From an uncultured cyanobacterium (GTDB taxonomy: Bacteria; Cyanobacteriota; Cyanobacteriia; Cyanobacteriales; CAWUOF01), in NCBI GenBank assembly GCA_963744145.1, contig CAVUSO010000001.1:6752001-6816000 (forward strand): a stretch of DNA of 64,000 nucleotides, read 5' to 3'. The translations under genes were made by a program, and so were the position numbers. Of this stretch, positions 62,470 to 64,000 are shown piece by piece. The stretch's first letter is position 1, and each line of letters opens with the position of its first letter. The notes below the pieces were generated by a model that was not told where the DNA came from, did not search any database, and saw nothing but the letters and a program-made list of their open reading frames with translations.

Positions 62470-64000
62470 ACACAATCACTTCCGATGGTAAAGGTAGGGT
62501 AAAGAAAAAAGTGCTTCCTTCACCTAATATACTCTCAACCCAAATTTTGCCACCATGTTGCTCAATTATACTCTGACAAATTGCTAATCCTAATCCAGTG
62601 CCCCCTTTTTCACGAGAATCAGAAATATCGACTTGCTGAAATCGTCCAAAAATCAGTTCTAGCTTATCCTGGGGAATTCCTCGTCCCCGATCGCTGACTT
62701 GGAATAACACATAGTCAGTCTGTTTTTGGGCACTTATACAAATAGTCGAGTAATCTGGGGAAAATTTAATCGCGTTACTCAGTAAATTGATCAAGATTTG
62801 GATAATCCCATCTCCGATCGCCCAAACTTCCACATCAGTAGGAGTAATCACTAGGTCGATCTGGTGTTGAGTCGCGATCGCTTGGATTCCATTTACTGCT
62901 TGCTGAATTAAATCTACTGCTTTACAGATGGTTTTGTCAATCATCGCGCGTCCAGACTCGAGCCGTTCTAAATCTAAAATATCATTCACCAAATTTACCA
63001 AACGATTAGTATCGAGGAAGGCAATTTCAATCAGTCGGCGAAATTTTTCTGATTTTTGAGCATAAATTCCTGTATTTAATAATCCCAGCGACATTTGAAT
63101 TGCTGTCAAAGGAGTCCGAATTTCATGACTAACAATACTAATAAATTCATCCTTAATTTTTTGAATTTTTTGGCGTTCGGTAATATCTTCACCAATGCTA
63201 ATAGTACCAATAATGTTTCCCATTGAATCTTGCAGTCTAGTATTATTCCAAGCAATGAATATTTCCTCACCTGATTTCTTTAAAATTGGATTCTCATCAT
63301 AATTATTGCTGTTATTCAAAACTTCCAAGAAAGTTTCTGTACTTGATTTTTGATGAGAAGAAGGTATGAATTTTTCAAACCAATTCTTACCGATAACTTC
63401 GTCGTTAGTATAACCCGTGATCCTTAAGAAAAAGGGATTAATGTAGTTGATATTTCCCCATTGATCTAGTCCAACAACAATTAAATGCACATGATCCAAT
63501 AGCGATCGCCAACGTCGTTCCGCTTCGCGAATAATCGCTGTAGATTGCTCACGTTCTTGCAATTCTATCTGGAGTTGGTTATAGAGTTCAGCTTGGTAAA
63601 TAGCGATCGACAACTGACTAGTAATTTGTTTAATTAATTCCACTTCCCAGGATTGCCATTGACGAGCTGTAGTATTTTCGTAAATACCTAGTAAACCCCA
63701 AAGATTTTCTCCGGAAAATATGGAAAAAACCACATAACTTTTGACTTGAAATTGTGCCAATAATTCGATATGACAGGGTTGAAGATTTGCCTGGTAAATA
63801 TCATTAACCACAAAAATTTCATTAGTACGAAAACGACCTCCTTGAGTTTCTTGGAGATAGGTATCGTTCCAAACTTTTGGCAGATCAGACTCTACCAATT
63901 TGAGCCAACCATTACCAACAGACTCGACGACAAAATCACTACTCCAGTCAAGATTAAAGCGGTAAATAGCAACTCGATCAGTTTCTAAGATCTGTCTAAT
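62441..64000 (-). CDS. Cyanobacteriochrome GAF-PAS histidine kinase (5' end outside the window)
   Basis: DRVAIYRF..W, WNDTYLQETQGGRF, PCHIELL; PAS; VSHEIRTP; GGTGLGL. Confidence 0.9.
   Translation of the reverse strand: MRQILETDRVAIYRFNLDWSSDFVVESVGNGWLKLVESDLPKVWNDTYLQETQGGRFRTNEIFVVNDIYQANLQPCHIELLAQFQVKSYVVFSIFSGENLWGLLGIYENTTARQWQSWEVELIKQITSQLSIAIYQAELYNQLQIELQEREQSTAIIREAERRWRSLLDHVHLIVVGLDQWGNINYINPFFLRITGYTNDEVIGKNWFEKFIPSSHQKSSTETFLEVLNNSNNYDENPILKKSGEEIFIAWNNTRLQDSMGNIIGTISIGEDITERQKIQKIKDEFISIVSHEIRTPLTAIQMSLGLLNTGIYAQKSEKFRRLIEIAFLDTNRLVNLVNDILDLERLESGRAMIDKTICKAVDLIQQAVNGIQAIATQHQIDLVITPTDVEVWAIGDGIIQILINLLSNAIKFSPDYSTICISAQKQTDYVLFQVSDRGRGIPQDKLELIFGRFQQVDISDSREKGGTGLGLAICQSIIEQHGGKIWVESILGEGSTFFFTLPLPSEVIVYDRENHSSS

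Overview
Chromosomal window from a cyanobacterium, probably filamentous. Evidence is the very frequent HIP1 octamer GCGATCGC, the panC-cmk fusion, PedR, Uma2 genes and a cyanobacteriochrome. Housekeeping genes (rnhA, tRNA-Val, radC, ureEFG, panC/cmk, rlpA, purM, ruvX, mltG, photolyase, leuC, pfkB, hisS, ClC) are interleaved with accessory signalling and conflict genes: Ser/Thr kinase-WD40 proteins, a DnaJ-TPR-WD40 protein, a NACHT protein, an ABC-ATPase/TOPRIM-like pair, Uma2 and HsdR-like nucleases, and hybrid histidine kinases. There is also a dense layer of small mobile repeats. Main points of interest: (i) a receptor-like 3xTIR-TM-14xWD40 protein whose 126-bp repeats are near-identical except at a few fully randomised codons; (ii) an unannotated ~180-nt seven-helix RNA-like structure ahead of an APC permease plus uncharacterised lipoprotein; (iii) a 397-bp coding-less IS200/IS605 element retaining both ends and the omega-RNA region, abutting the leuC stop codon; (iv) a GxxExxY gene bracketed by inverted 10-bp tandem arrays; (v) nested 24-bp mobile units and modular shell-plus-REP elements; (vi) a decaying toxin/antitoxin-like islet with a gene missed by the ORF track. 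Five single-base frameshifts look like sequencing errors. All calls come from reading motifs by eye; no searches were run.
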